Notes under the pieces: generated by a model
Databases searched by the model: none
What the model saw: only the letters and a program-made list of their open reading frames with translations
Told to the model about the DNA's origin: nothing
Shown: piece after piece, positions 27,233-36,776 of the stretch
Layout: every line of letters begins with the position of its first letter
Position numbering within the stretch: position 1 is the stretch's first letter
Position numbers and translations under genes: made by a program
Assembly: GCA_020721205.1 (NCBI GenBank)
Contig: DYNF01000003.1
Location: 15,038 to 79,037 of the forward strand
Length of the DNA stretch: 64,000 nt
Direction: 5' to 3'
Source: Prochloron sp. SulCav_FS08_3_32_3330
Lineage (GTDB): Bacteria > Cyanobacteriota > Cyanobacteriia > Cyanobacteriales > DYNF01

Positions 27233-28225
27233 TTAAATTATTAAGGCATTAAAAAGATAGCCAATCCCAAAAATTCCGAGGGTGACAATAGTAATAAAAA
27301 CCGTTAAAAGTTTAGGAGAAAGTACCTTTTTTAAGATTACCATTTCGGGAAGGGATAGGGCAGTCACAGCCATGGTAAAAGCTAAAACTGTGCCGATGGG
27401 CATTCCTTTATTGACTAAAGCCTCTGTAATCGGCATAACTCCGGCTATATTAGCATACAGAGGCACACCAATCATCACAACGATCGGCACAGCAAAAGGG
27501 TTATTTGCCCCCGCCCACTTGACGACTAGGTTTGTGGGTACATAACCATGAATACCAGCCCCGATCGCAATACCAATAACCACATACAGCCACACTGATT
27601 TAATAATTTCACTTGACTGATACCAACCTTGTTGAAATCTATCTTTCCATGTTAGAGAAATTTCTTCAAATTCATTATTTTCTGATAGTTTTTGATGATT
27701 TTTTTGTAATTGCCAAACAAAAGGTTCAACCCATTTTTCTAATTTTAATAAACCAATAATATAACCTGCTATAATTGCTAAAATTACCCCAAAACTGATA
27801 TACATTATCATTACTTTAAAACCAAATAATCCTAGTAATAAAATAATCGCAACTTCGTTAACCATTGGGGCTGAAATTAAATAAGAAAAGGTCACTCCTA
27901 AAGGGATTCCTGCTTCTAAAAAACCAATAAATAAAGGGACAGCAGAACAAGAACAAAAAGGAGTTATAATTCCTAGCATAGCGGCTAAAATATTGCCGAA
28001 AATAGTGCGTTTTCCTCTTAGTAAATAGCGGACTTTTTCCGGTTGAATAAAAGTTTGTAATGTACCGACAATAAAACTAATAACGAGAACTAAAGTTAAA
28101 ATTTTCGGTACATCATAGAGAAAAAAGTGCAAACTTGATCCTAGATGAGATTTGAGAGATAATCCTAATATATTAGTAACAATTTGAGTTGCTAACCAAT
28201 CAAAAGGATAGAAGGGATCAAACAT
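27233..28225 (-). CDS. Permease of the UPF0718/ArsP_1 (YraQ-like) family
   Basis: ITPFCSCSAVPLF motif. About 8-10 TM segments with a central hydrophilic loop. Confidence 0.75.
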   Translation of the reverse strand: MFDPFYPFDWLATQIVTNILGLSLKSHLGSSLHFFLYDVPKILTLVLVISFIVGTLQTFIQPEKVRYLLRGKRTIFGNILAAMLGIITPFCSCSAVPLFIGFLEAGIPLGVTFSYLISAPMVNEVAIILLLGLFGFKVMIMYISFGVILAIIAGYIIGLLKLEKWVEPFVWQLQKNHQKLSENNEFEEISLTWKDRFQQGWYQSSEIIKSVWLYVVIGIAIGAGIHGYVPTNLVVKWAGANNPFAVPIVVMIGVPLYANIAGVMPITEALVNKGMPIGTVLAFTMAVTALSLPEMVILKKVLSPKLLTVFITIVTLGIFGIGYLFNALII

Positions 28226-28334
28226 AATATTTTTTTTGTCCTAAAATTTTAATTTTTGATAATTCTTAAAAATCGGGGATTTTGGGTTAAATCTTATTTT
28301 TTTAGATCTAAAAAAACCCCCGAAATTTTACTTT

Positions 28335-28571
28335 TTATCCTTGTAAAAGGGCTTGGATTTTCTCTGAGGTAATAACTTGTCCTTTACTCACTATTTTACC
28401 ATTAATGATCAAAGCAGGAGTTGACATAACACCACGTTGGGCAATTTCCATCGGATCAGTAATATGTAACACTTGTGCCTCTAAATTTAAAGAAGCAACG
28501 GCTTCTTTCGCATTGGCTTCTAACTGTTGACATTTTTTACAGCCAGTGCCTAAAACTTCTAATTTAATCAT
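28335..28571 (-). CDS. Thioredoxin-fold 'redox-active disulfide protein 2' family protein
   Basis: MIKLEVLGTGCKKCQQL CxxC context. Start preferred at 28571 (family members begin MKIEVLG...). The ORF track's start at 28589 is possible. Confidence 0.8.
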   Translation of the reverse strand: MIKLEVLGTGCKKCQQLEANAKEAVASLNLEAQVLHITDPMEIAQRGVMSTPALIINGKIVSKGQVITSEKIQALLQG

Positions 28572-28605
28572 CTTTATAGCAAACTCCATTTAATGTAATA
28601 CTGTT

Positions 28606-28637
28606 AGCATAAACCCTATACCTAAGTATAATGTCAA
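28606..28637 (-). promoter_or_regulatory. Candidate MerR-type promoter: TTGACA, 20-bp spacer with dyad AAACCCT..TATAC/GTATAGGGTTT, then TATGCT
   Basis: Minus-strand reading cccTTGACAttatacttaggtatagggttTATGCTaac, between merR and the Trx-like gene. An over-long spacer is the MerR hallmark. Confidence 0.4.
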
Positions 28638-28663
28638 GGGTTTCAAGAAAAAAGATTAAAAAT

Positions 28664-29059
28664 TTAATTTTGATCCAAAATAATACATTGACTATCAGGA
28701 TCAGAATTTTCTAAATTAATTTGACATTTTTCTAATAAGATTAATAAATCTTTTTCTAATAGTTGTAATTGTTGAATTTGCTCTTGAATTGTTTTAATTT
28801 TTTGTTCAAGTTTTACATAAACAGATTGACAAGTTAAAGATTTTCCATCTTTTAAAGTCAGAATTTCTTTAATTTCTTTTAAAGTTAATCCTAAAGACTT
28901 AGCCCTTGTAATAAAAGTTAATCTTTCTAAATCTTGATCACTAAAAATACGATATCCGGCTTCTGTGCGTTGAGGTTTAATTAAACCTATTTTTTCATAA
29001 AAATACAAGGTTTGAGGATTAATTTTAAAATGACGAGCCACTTCTTTAATTTGTAACAT
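28664..29059 (-). CDS. MerR-family transcriptional regulator
   Basis: HTH IKEVARHFKINPQTLYFYEKIGLI, a coiled-coil dimerisation helix, and two Cys (LTCQSV, DSQCI). Confidence 0.88.
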   Translation of the reverse strand: MLQIKEVARHFKINPQTLYFYEKIGLIKPQRTEAGYRIFSDQDLERLTFITRAKSLGLTLKEIKEILTLKDGKSLTCQSVYVKLEQKIKTIQEQIQQLQLLEKDLLILLEKCQINLENSDPDSQCIILDQN

Positions 29060-29081
29060 TTTTTATATTTTTGAAAAAAAA

Positions 29082-29603
29082 TTAATATAAATTTCCCCCA
29101 AAAAGGGCTAAAATTATTAATAATAAAATAATCAAAGCAAAGCCTAAAAAATTATTTTCTTTTGAGGTATTTTCTAAATTAATTTTATGCTCATTTAAAG
29201 AATTAATAGAAGATTTTGAGTTAGTTTTTTTAGGCATTGTTACAGCAGAAAATTTATTTTTTTCCTCAGCAACTTTACTTAAATCTGGTATTTCACTCAT
29301 CCATTCTTTCGGGCGTTGTAAACGAGGTGCTTGTAAAATAAATAATAAATCTTTTGCCTGTTTTTTAATCGTAAAATTAGGATGCGTAGTTAACTTTTGA
29401 CACAGGGCGATCGCTTCTTGATCCTTACCTAAAGCTTGATAAGCAGTAATCAGCCAAATTTGTAAATCTCCCCCTTGATGAGTATTTTCAGGAATAAACT
29501 CTTGTGCTTGGGTAAAATAGTCTAAACTTTGACGATAAAAACCTTTATCTAAAGCTTCTTTTCCTAATAAATAAAATTGATTAAATTTTTCTTGATTATT
29601 CAT
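29082..29603 (-). CDS. TPR-like protein with C-terminal membrane anchor
   Basis: 173 aa. TPR-like helices followed by the C-terminal anchor FALIILLLIILALFGG. Confidence 0.55.
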   Translation of the reverse strand: MNNQEKFNQFYLLGKEALDKGFYRQSLDYFTQAQEFIPENTHQGGDLQIWLITAYQALGKDQEAIALCQKLTTHPNFTIKKQAKDLLFILQAPRLQRPKEWMSEIPDLSKVAEEKNKFSAVTMPKKTNSKSSINSLNEHKINLENTSKENNFLGFALIILLLIILALFGGNLY

Positions 29604-29728
29604 GGTTATTTGTTAATAGTTATTTGTTATTAGTAGTTGATTAAGGAACTTTTTTAATCAAATAATCGTCATTATACAACTAAGTAAAAAACTTTTAAAA
29701 TTTTAGTTCTTAATTAGATCCTAAAACT

Positions 29729-30115
29729 ATGTTTAACCTCAAACAAATTGTAACTCCTTTGGGCATAGGATTAACATTATGGGGAATATTCTCCCTTCCC
29801 GTTAAAGCACAACGAATAATTATTATAAATGAACCATCTTCGGGTTATCCTTATTCCTATTATCCTCGTTATCCTTATCCCTATCAAACTCAAACTCCTA
29901 GCGCAAATTTTATTTATGGTAGCCCTATTCCTACCCCGATTCCTGTTAATCCCTATACGGGACAAAGTACCATAAATAATAATCAAAATCGAGTAATTTA
30001 TCCTTATGGGAATAGAAATAATCGAGTAATTTATTATAATAATTATTATCCAAATAATGGCTCATCTTTCTATTATAATACTACAGGAGAAATGTATTTT
30101 AATATTGGCTATTAA
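29729..30115 (+). CDS. Small secreted Tyr/Pro/Asn-rich protein
   Basis: Signal peptide ending VKAQ. Low complexity YPYSYYPRYPYPYQ with repeated NRVIYPYGNRNNRVIYYNNYY. Confidence 0.5.
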   Translation: MFNLKQIVTPLGIGLTLWGIFSLPVKAQRIIIINEPSSGYPYSYYPRYPYPYQTQTPSANFIYGSPIPTPIPVNPYTGQSTINNNQNRVIYPYGNRNNRVIYYNNYYPNNGSSFYYNTTGEMYFNIGY

Positions 30116-30127
30116 ACCTTTACACAA

Positions 30128-30190
30128 AAGTTCGTAGTTGGGCTTTAGTTTCCCAATGATTTAGGGAAACCAAAGCCCAACTACGAACTT
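30128..30190. repeat. H2-family stem-loop (AAGTTCGTAGTTGGGCTTT ... AAAGCCCAACTACGAACTT), likely bidirectional terminator
   Basis: Read directly, between convergent genes. Confidence 0.8.
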
Positions 30191-30228
30191 ATTTTAATTT
30201 ACCATATTTTTTTAGTCAAAAATTAACT

Positions 30229-32394
30229 TTAAAAAGGAATATCATCTTCATTTTCATAGATACTAATATCAGGACGATTAATGATTGAAATATTAGGAGT
30301 TGACTCCTTTTTAGGAGGTTCATTTTCTAACTTTTGGGGAATATTAGGCTCATTTTTAGGTTCATTTTTGGGTTCATTTTTAGATTGATTATTCTCTACC
30401 ATATTTTCCACCACCTCATCTATTTCCACCTCATTTATTGATAAATAATCCTCAATTTCTACCACTGTTCCCTTAAATATTTCCGCTAATCTTGCTGAAA
30501 TTTTCTCAAGTTCTATTTCTGAGATATTTTCAGCATCAACTTGAGGAAATTGATCAAATTGTACTACATTATCCTTAACAAAAGGAGGAGGAATAGGTGC
30601 TTTTTCTTTAATATTTTCTTCTGGTTTTTTTTGATTTGTTGGCGGAGAAAAGTTATCTTGATTGTCAATATTTCTTGGTTTAGAAAGAGGAAATTGTACG
30701 ATATTATTTTTAACTTCTTGTCTATTTATTTGGGATACAAATTGACTATTATTGTTAGAATTAATATTATTACTTAAGTTTTTTTTTTCAGATTGAGAGT
30801 TTTCAATTTGAATTTTAACTTGAACTTTTCTTTGTAAAACTTTCTCAAAAGCCGCTTCAGCATTAGCAATTTTACCTTGAGCCATTTTTAATAAAGCTTC
30901 ATTTTTTATGCCTAAATAAACGATATTTCCATTAATACTAATTAAATGACAATGTTGCTTTAATAAAGCTTGAGTAGCAGGAGGATGTAAATGATGTAAA
31001 AATTGTTGCCAAATTTCTTCATTAGATAAATTTTCTACATTATTAATATTCTCAATATTCTCAATATTCTCAATATTATTATTAGTTACATTAGCTTGAT
31101 TATTGTGAATATTAGATAAATTTTGAGGAGGATTTGTTCCAGATTGAGAAGTAGTTTGAATAGGGGTTTTTTCGGGGGAATTATAACTAGAAACTGGAGT
31201 ATTTTGACGAGGATTAGCTTGAATATTGGAATTAGTTTGAGGATTAGTTTGAGGATTAGTTTGGACAGTTTGACTCGTATTTTCTACTACCACTGTCTTA
31301 ACTTGTGCTGAAGGTAATAAACTTAATAAAGTTACTTCTAACCATAAACGAGGTTGAGTGGTATTTTTAATTTGAAATTCACTTTCTTTAAGTAATTTTT
31401 GACCTTGTAAAATATTGAATATTTCCCATTCTTTACCTTCTTGACATAATTGTTCCCAAGTAGGCGCAGTAACGGCAACTAAATCGGCTCTTTGAGGAGC
31501 AGTTTTGGCGATTAATAAACTTAAATAAAAGTTGGCTAAATTTTGTAAAACGATTAAAGGTTCTCGCCCTCTATTCATTAAATGACGACACTGATTAATG
31601 ACTCCTTCACTGTTATTATTTTTAATTTCTCTGATTAATTGTAATAGGTCTTTTTCCGGTACAGCGCCCACTAAATCCCATACTTTATCTACGGTAATTG
31701 TACCCGATAATAAGCTTAATTGATCTAATAAACTTTGAGCATCTCTTAAGCCTCCATTGGCAATTTGTGAGACTAAAGTAATAGCGTCTTTTTCAATATC
31801 AATATTTTCATTTTTAGCAATATTAATTAAATGAGAAACCATTGAATCTAAAGGAATCCGACGATAATCAAATTTTTGACATCGGGATATAATGGTAGAT
31901 AAAACTCGTTGAGGATCCGTTGTAGCTAAGATAAAAACTACTCTTTCCGGCGGTTCTTCTAAGGTTTTTAATAAAGCATTAAACGCCGCTTGAGATAACA
32001 TATGACATTCATCTATTACATACACTTTATAACGACATTGAACGGGGGCAAATTGAGATTTTTCGATCAATTCTCTAATGTTATCAACTCCCGTATTACT
32101 AGCGGCATCTATTTCAATTACATCTAATGCTGATCCTAAAGCAATCATACGACAAGCTTCACATTCTCCACAGGGATCCGCTGTGGGAACATCACTTTTT
32201 AAACAGTTTAAAGATTTAGCTAAAATACGAGCGCTAGAGGTTTTTCCTGTGCCTCTAGGTCCTGTAAATAGATAAGCAGGAGCAATTTTTCGGTTAACAA
32301 TCGCATTAGTTAACGTGGTAGAAATTGCTTCTTGTCCTACTAATTGGGCAAAGGTTTGTGGACGGTATTTATGATGTAAAGGAACATAAAACAT
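30229..32394 (-). CDS. dnaX: DNA polymerase III subunit gamma/tau
   Basis: GPRGTGKTS Walker A, CGECEAC zinc module, VYVIDECHML, SRCQ sensor. Long low-complexity linker and C-terminal tau region. Confidence 0.95.
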   Translation of the reverse strand: MFYVPLHHKYRPQTFAQLVGQEAISTTLTNAIVNRKIAPAYLFTGPRGTGKTSSARILAKSLNCLKSDVPTADPCGECEACRMIALGSALDVIEIDAASNTGVDNIRELIEKSQFAPVQCRYKVYVIDECHMLSQAAFNALLKTLEEPPERVVFILATTDPQRVLSTIISRCQKFDYRRIPLDSMVSHLINIAKNENIDIEKDAITLVSQIANGGLRDAQSLLDQLSLLSGTITVDKVWDLVGAVPEKDLLQLIREIKNNNSEGVINQCRHLMNRGREPLIVLQNLANFYLSLLIAKTAPQRADLVAVTAPTWEQLCQEGKEWEIFNILQGQKLLKESEFQIKNTTQPRLWLEVTLLSLLPSAQVKTVVVENTSQTVQTNPQTNPQTNSNIQANPRQNTPVSSYNSPEKTPIQTTSQSGTNPPQNLSNIHNNQANVTNNNIENIENIENINNVENLSNEEIWQQFLHHLHPPATQALLKQHCHLISINGNIVYLGIKNEALLKMAQGKIANAEAAFEKVLQRKVQVKIQIENSQSEKKNLSNNINSNNNSQFVSQINRQEVKNNIVQFPLSKPRNIDNQDNFSPPTNQKKPEENIKEKAPIPPPFVKDNVVQFDQFPQVDAENISEIELEKISARLAEIFKGTVVEIEDYLSINEVEIDEVVENMVENNQSKNEPKNEPKNEPNIPQKLENEPPKKESTPNISIINRPDISIYENEDDIPF

Positions 32395-32672
32395 AGACTT
32401 ATTTTTTGTTAAATTTTAGCTTTAATTAATCAAGAAAAACTTGATTTTTTTAGATCACTTTTCTCCTATTATAACATATTAGGGTAATTTGTAAAAGTTT
32501 TTTAATTTATTAATTAATCTCTTTTTTAATTTATGGCTTATTTTATGTTATTTTAAGAATAAATAATTTAAGTTTGTAGTTAATACGCTAAAGTCCTAAA
32601 AGAGCGTTATGATTAATTATTTGATTGATCATAACGTAAAATAAAATTAATTTTAGATAGAGGTGAAAAAGT

Positions 32673-34115
32673 TTGGGGATGTTTAAACAAATCTGGCAAA
32701 ATCTCAAAAATCCCGCAATTAAAGGAAAAAAATCTCTTTTTTCTCAGGGGAATAAATCAGTATCCACAGAAGCTTTACCTTCTTTAAATGATTCAGACTA
32801 TGAATTTTTATGGTTACAACTCTTAGAAGGAATGGCACACGGATGGCATTCTCAAAAACTGGTACATTTTTTTAAAGTGTTGGGTGAAAGGGGAAAAGAG
32901 GAATTATGGCTTTCTTGGTTAAATCGTTTTGAGGAAAAATTATTAACTTCTCCTTCTCCTAATCAGCAACTTGGCGCAAAAATGGTACAATTTGGGCAGA
33001 AAACTCAGGATTATCCTTCGATTCGGAAAATTGGGGAAAAATCTTCTCAAATTGGTCGTCAATTGCTGAATCGTCAACCCGGAAGTACGATTTGGGAATA
33101 TGATGGACCGGATCTAATTGTTGTTTCTTCTGAGGTTCAAACGGATATTCAAATGAATATTCAAACGAATATTCAAACAGATATTCAAACAGATATTCAA
33201 ACGGAAACTCCTAAAACTCAAGAAGTTCCTCTTTCTGATCTCTTACCTAAGCCTGAATTATCCTACGAAAATGCTCATCCTTCTCCTTCTGAGCCTCAAG
33301 ATTCAGTTATTTTACCTTTAAAAGAAGAAAATAAGGAAATTGAGGATCAAGTTGAACCTCAAATTTTAAGTTCTGAGGATGAGCAACTTTCGTCAGATTC
33401 CTCTGTACCTGATCCTTGGCAAGATACTCCGGCTAATATCCCGCCCCAAGCCCCTGAGCCTCAAGTGGAAACTTTAACTTTTAATGAGTTAATCGCCAGA
33501 CTCAAAACTGATCAAAATTTGCGGGTTCAAGTGGCGAATCAATTAGGAGTAGATTCAGAGGATTTTCAGGGTTTAATTGCGACTTTACAAGAAAAAATGC
33601 AAATTCCCGTTGAGCCTGTTTCTCCTCCCCCTCCTGTCACGGCTGTTAATACAGATGAACCACCTGAATATGAAAAATTATTTTATCAGGGTTTAGAAAA
33701 GGCGGATCAAGGTCAAATGTTAGAGGCGATCGCTTGTTGGGATCAGGCTTTGGAGTTAAATCCGAATATTAGTGCGATTTGGCACAATCGGGGTAGTGCG
33801 TTAGGACATTTAGGGCGTTTAGAAGATGCGATCGCCTCGTTTGATCGAGCAATTTTGATTAATCCGAAGGATTATCAGGCATGGAATGATCGAGGAAATG
33901 CTTTTTATAATCTTCAACAATGGGATAATGCTCTTAATAGTTGGGATAATGCCCTTCAAATTAAATCGGATTTTACCCAAGCTTGGTATAGTCGGGGTTG
34001 TGTGTTAGAACATTTGAACCGTTTAGAGGAAGCGTTAAGAAGTTACGACAAAGCGATCGAGTTAAAACCTGATTTTGAGATAGCAATCAATCGTCGTAAC
34101 AAACTTCAACAATAA
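32673..34115 (+). CDS. TPR-repeat protein with acidic/Pro-rich linker
   Basis: C-terminal TPRs (AIACWDQALELNPN, AIASFDRAILINPKD, ALRSYDKAIELKPD). The ATG at 32679 is the more likely start. Confidence 0.75.
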   Translation: MGMFKQIWQNLKNPAIKGKKSLFSQGNKSVSTEALPSLNDSDYEFLWLQLLEGMAHGWHSQKLVHFFKVLGERGKEELWLSWLNRFEEKLLTSPSPNQQLGAKMVQFGQKTQDYPSIRKIGEKSSQIGRQLLNRQPGSTIWEYDGPDLIVVSSEVQTDIQMNIQTNIQTDIQTDIQTETPKTQEVPLSDLLPKPELSYENAHPSPSEPQDSVILPLKEENKEIEDQVEPQILSSEDEQLSSDSSVPDPWQDTPANIPPQAPEPQVETLTFNELIARLKTDQNLRVQVANQLGVDSEDFQGLIATLQEKMQIPVEPVSPPPPVTAVNTDEPPEYEKLFYQGLEKADQGQMLEAIACWDQALELNPNISAIWHNRGSALGHLGRLEDAIASFDRAILINPKDYQAWNDRGNAFYNLQQWDNALNSWDNALQIKSDFTQAWYSRGCVLEHLNRLEEALRSYDKAIELKPDFEIAINRRNKLQQ

Positions 34116-34230
34116 ATTCAAAATTCAAAATTCAAAATTCAAAATTAGGAAAATTAAAGTAAAAAAGTAAAACAATTTATTAATTAAAAAAAACTTGTTG
34201 TTTTGCTTTGGCACGACATTTTTTTGCATT
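34113..34230 (+). repeat. Copy 1 of an about 118-bp direct repeat beginning with the stop codon and (TTCAAAA)4
   Basis: Read directly. Copy 2 at 34266-34384. Confidence 0.85.
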
Positions 34231-34265
34231 TGATCAGAATGAACTATTTTTAATTAACAACTTAA

Positions 34266-34384
34266 ATAAATTCAAAATTCAAAATTCAAAATTCAAAATT
34301 AGGAAAATTAAAGTAAAGAAGTAAAACAATTTATTAATTAAAAAAAACTTGTTGTTTTGCTTTGGCACGACATTTTTTTGCATT
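34266..34384 (+). repeat. Copy 2 of the about 118-bp direct repeat
   Basis: Near-identical to 34113-34230. Confidence 0.85.
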
Positions 34385-34403
34385 CTAATAACTAATAACT
34401 AAA

Positions 34404-35285
34404 ATGTTAAATCAACCAATAATTAAAGAGATTTATACCGACGGTGCTTGTATTAATAATCCGGGCGATGGGGGCTGGGGAGTAGTGGTTTATCTTGAGG
34501 ATGACTCGGTAATGGAATTTGGCAATTTTCAAGCTGATACCACTAATAATCGTATGGAAATGATGGCGGCTTTAATGGCTTTACAAATTTTTAAAGCCTC
34601 TGGACAAACTACACCCATTTTACTTTATACTGATAGTCAATATCTCAAAAATGGCATTAATGAATGGATTAAAAATTGGAAACGAAATAACTGGAAAACC
34701 TCTCAAGGTAAACCTGTTTTAAATCAAGATCTGTGGCAATTATTAGACGAATTTAATACTAATTTGATCCGATGGCAATATGTGCGCGCTCATCATGGCA
34801 ATAGGGGCAATGAACGTGCTGATGCGATCGCATCGGATTTTGCAAAAGATTTGTCTCCTAATTTAAAACAGGATTTTTCCCAATTTGATCGAGAATTTTC
34901 CCAAAAGATCAGCAATATGTCGGTAGCTATTTTTGAGGAGATCAGTATAAGATCAAATGATAATTATTCAAAAGAACAACTTAATCTTTTTTCCTTGTCT
35001 TCTACTATGAGTGAACAATCTACGTTTGAAACAGATGAAATTCAATCCTTCTCTGAGGATAGAATTACCAATTTAAGTGATTTAATTGAAACTTTGCGTA
35101 TTGCTGATGAAATTGCAGTCAAAGGCTATTTAATTAGTAGTTCAGAATTGGCGGATTTGATGGATATTAATGCTAGCGCTGTTACCAGTCGTGGTGATAA
35201 CTGGTCTTGGCGTAACTGGGTGGTTTCCCGGGTACGTCGGGAAGGAAATCAAATTCTCTGGCAATTAGAAAAAGCAGAATCTTAA
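34404..35285 (+). CDS. rnhA: Ribonuclease HI with an about 140-aa C-terminal extension
   Basis: IYTDGAC, NNRMEMMA, LYTDSQY, HHGNRGNERADAIA (DEDD set) within the first 150 aa or so. The remainder has no recognisable domain. Confidence 0.85.
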   Translation: MLNQPIIKEIYTDGACINNPGDGGWGVVVYLEDDSVMEFGNFQADTTNNRMEMMAALMALQIFKASGQTTPILLYTDSQYLKNGINEWIKNWKRNNWKTSQGKPVLNQDLWQLLDEFNTNLIRWQYVRAHHGNRGNERADAIASDFAKDLSPNLKQDFSQFDREFSQKISNMSVAIFEEISIRSNDNYSKEQLNLFSLSSTMSEQSTFETDEIQSFSEDRITNLSDLIETLRIADEIAVKGYLISSSELADLMDINASAVTSRGDNWSWRNWVVSRVRREGNQILWQLEKAES

Positions 35286-35356
35286 TGATTTTAATTATAA
35301 ATCCCTGAATTTTTCAAAAAGCCTTCTTTTTTTCCTAGGGTGTTTTCATTCTCTGA

Positions 35357-35413
35357 GAAAAAAAAGAAAATAAAAGTGATCTTTTCTTGATAAAATCAAA
35401 AATAGATCACTAT
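35357..35413 (-). repeat. Second copy of the 56-bp hairpin repeat (see 10503-10558)
   Basis: Read directly; one mismatch. Confidence 0.85.
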
Positions 35414-35580
35414 TTTTTTTAGAAAAAAAATATGTTAAACAGCATAATTAAACAATTCAAGATAAGGGCTATATTTTGCTGTTAATAAATATCAAAATTG
35501 TTGATTTTTAATAGTTAAAAAAGATTAACTACAAACTAAAGAATGGGACGCTAAAGTGCAATAACTAACAATTTAATTAA

Positions 35581-36363
<783 letters not shown>

Positions 36364-36526
36364 TTACATTTTTAAGAATGAGTACATTTTTGATTATAAT
36401 TGAATTAAGACTTAATTAAAGAGTTAAATTTTGATCATTTTGAACTAAAGGGAAAAAACTTGAGAAAAAAGATCACAATTTCTTTATTTAAGTTGATCAA
36501 TTTCATCGCAATCAGAGGCTAAAATT

Positions 36527-36646
36527 ATGTTTAGTGAATATACAGAGGTTTTAATGCTAATTAGTATTATTACTGTTTTTTCGGTAATAATGTCTTTTAC
36601 TTTAATGTGGCTTTTATTCTATAAACCAGAGGTTAATATTTATTAA
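36527..36646 (+). CDS. Candidate 39-aa single-TM micro-protein (not in ORF track)
   Basis: Own translation MFSEYTEVLMLISIITVFSVIMSFTLMWLLFYKPEVNIY. AGAGG lies 9 nt upstream. Confidence 0.3.
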   Translation: MFSEYTEVLMLISIITVFSVIMSFTLMWLLFYKPEVNIY

Positions 36647-36688
36647 TTAATCAGATTAATCTAGGTTAATATTATGAATAAGACAATT

Positions 36689-36756
36689 GTTCATTGTTGA
36701 GCTTTAGCACTAAGAATTAATGGAAGTGGTGCTAAAGCTCAACAACAAACTTTTTT
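36689..36756. repeat. H2-family stem-loop (GTTCATTGTTGAGCTTTAGCAC ... GTGCTAAAGCTCAACAACAAAC) plus T-run
   Basis: Read directly. Confidence 0.8.
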
Positions 36757-36776
36757 AAGAAAAAAAAATATCACGA

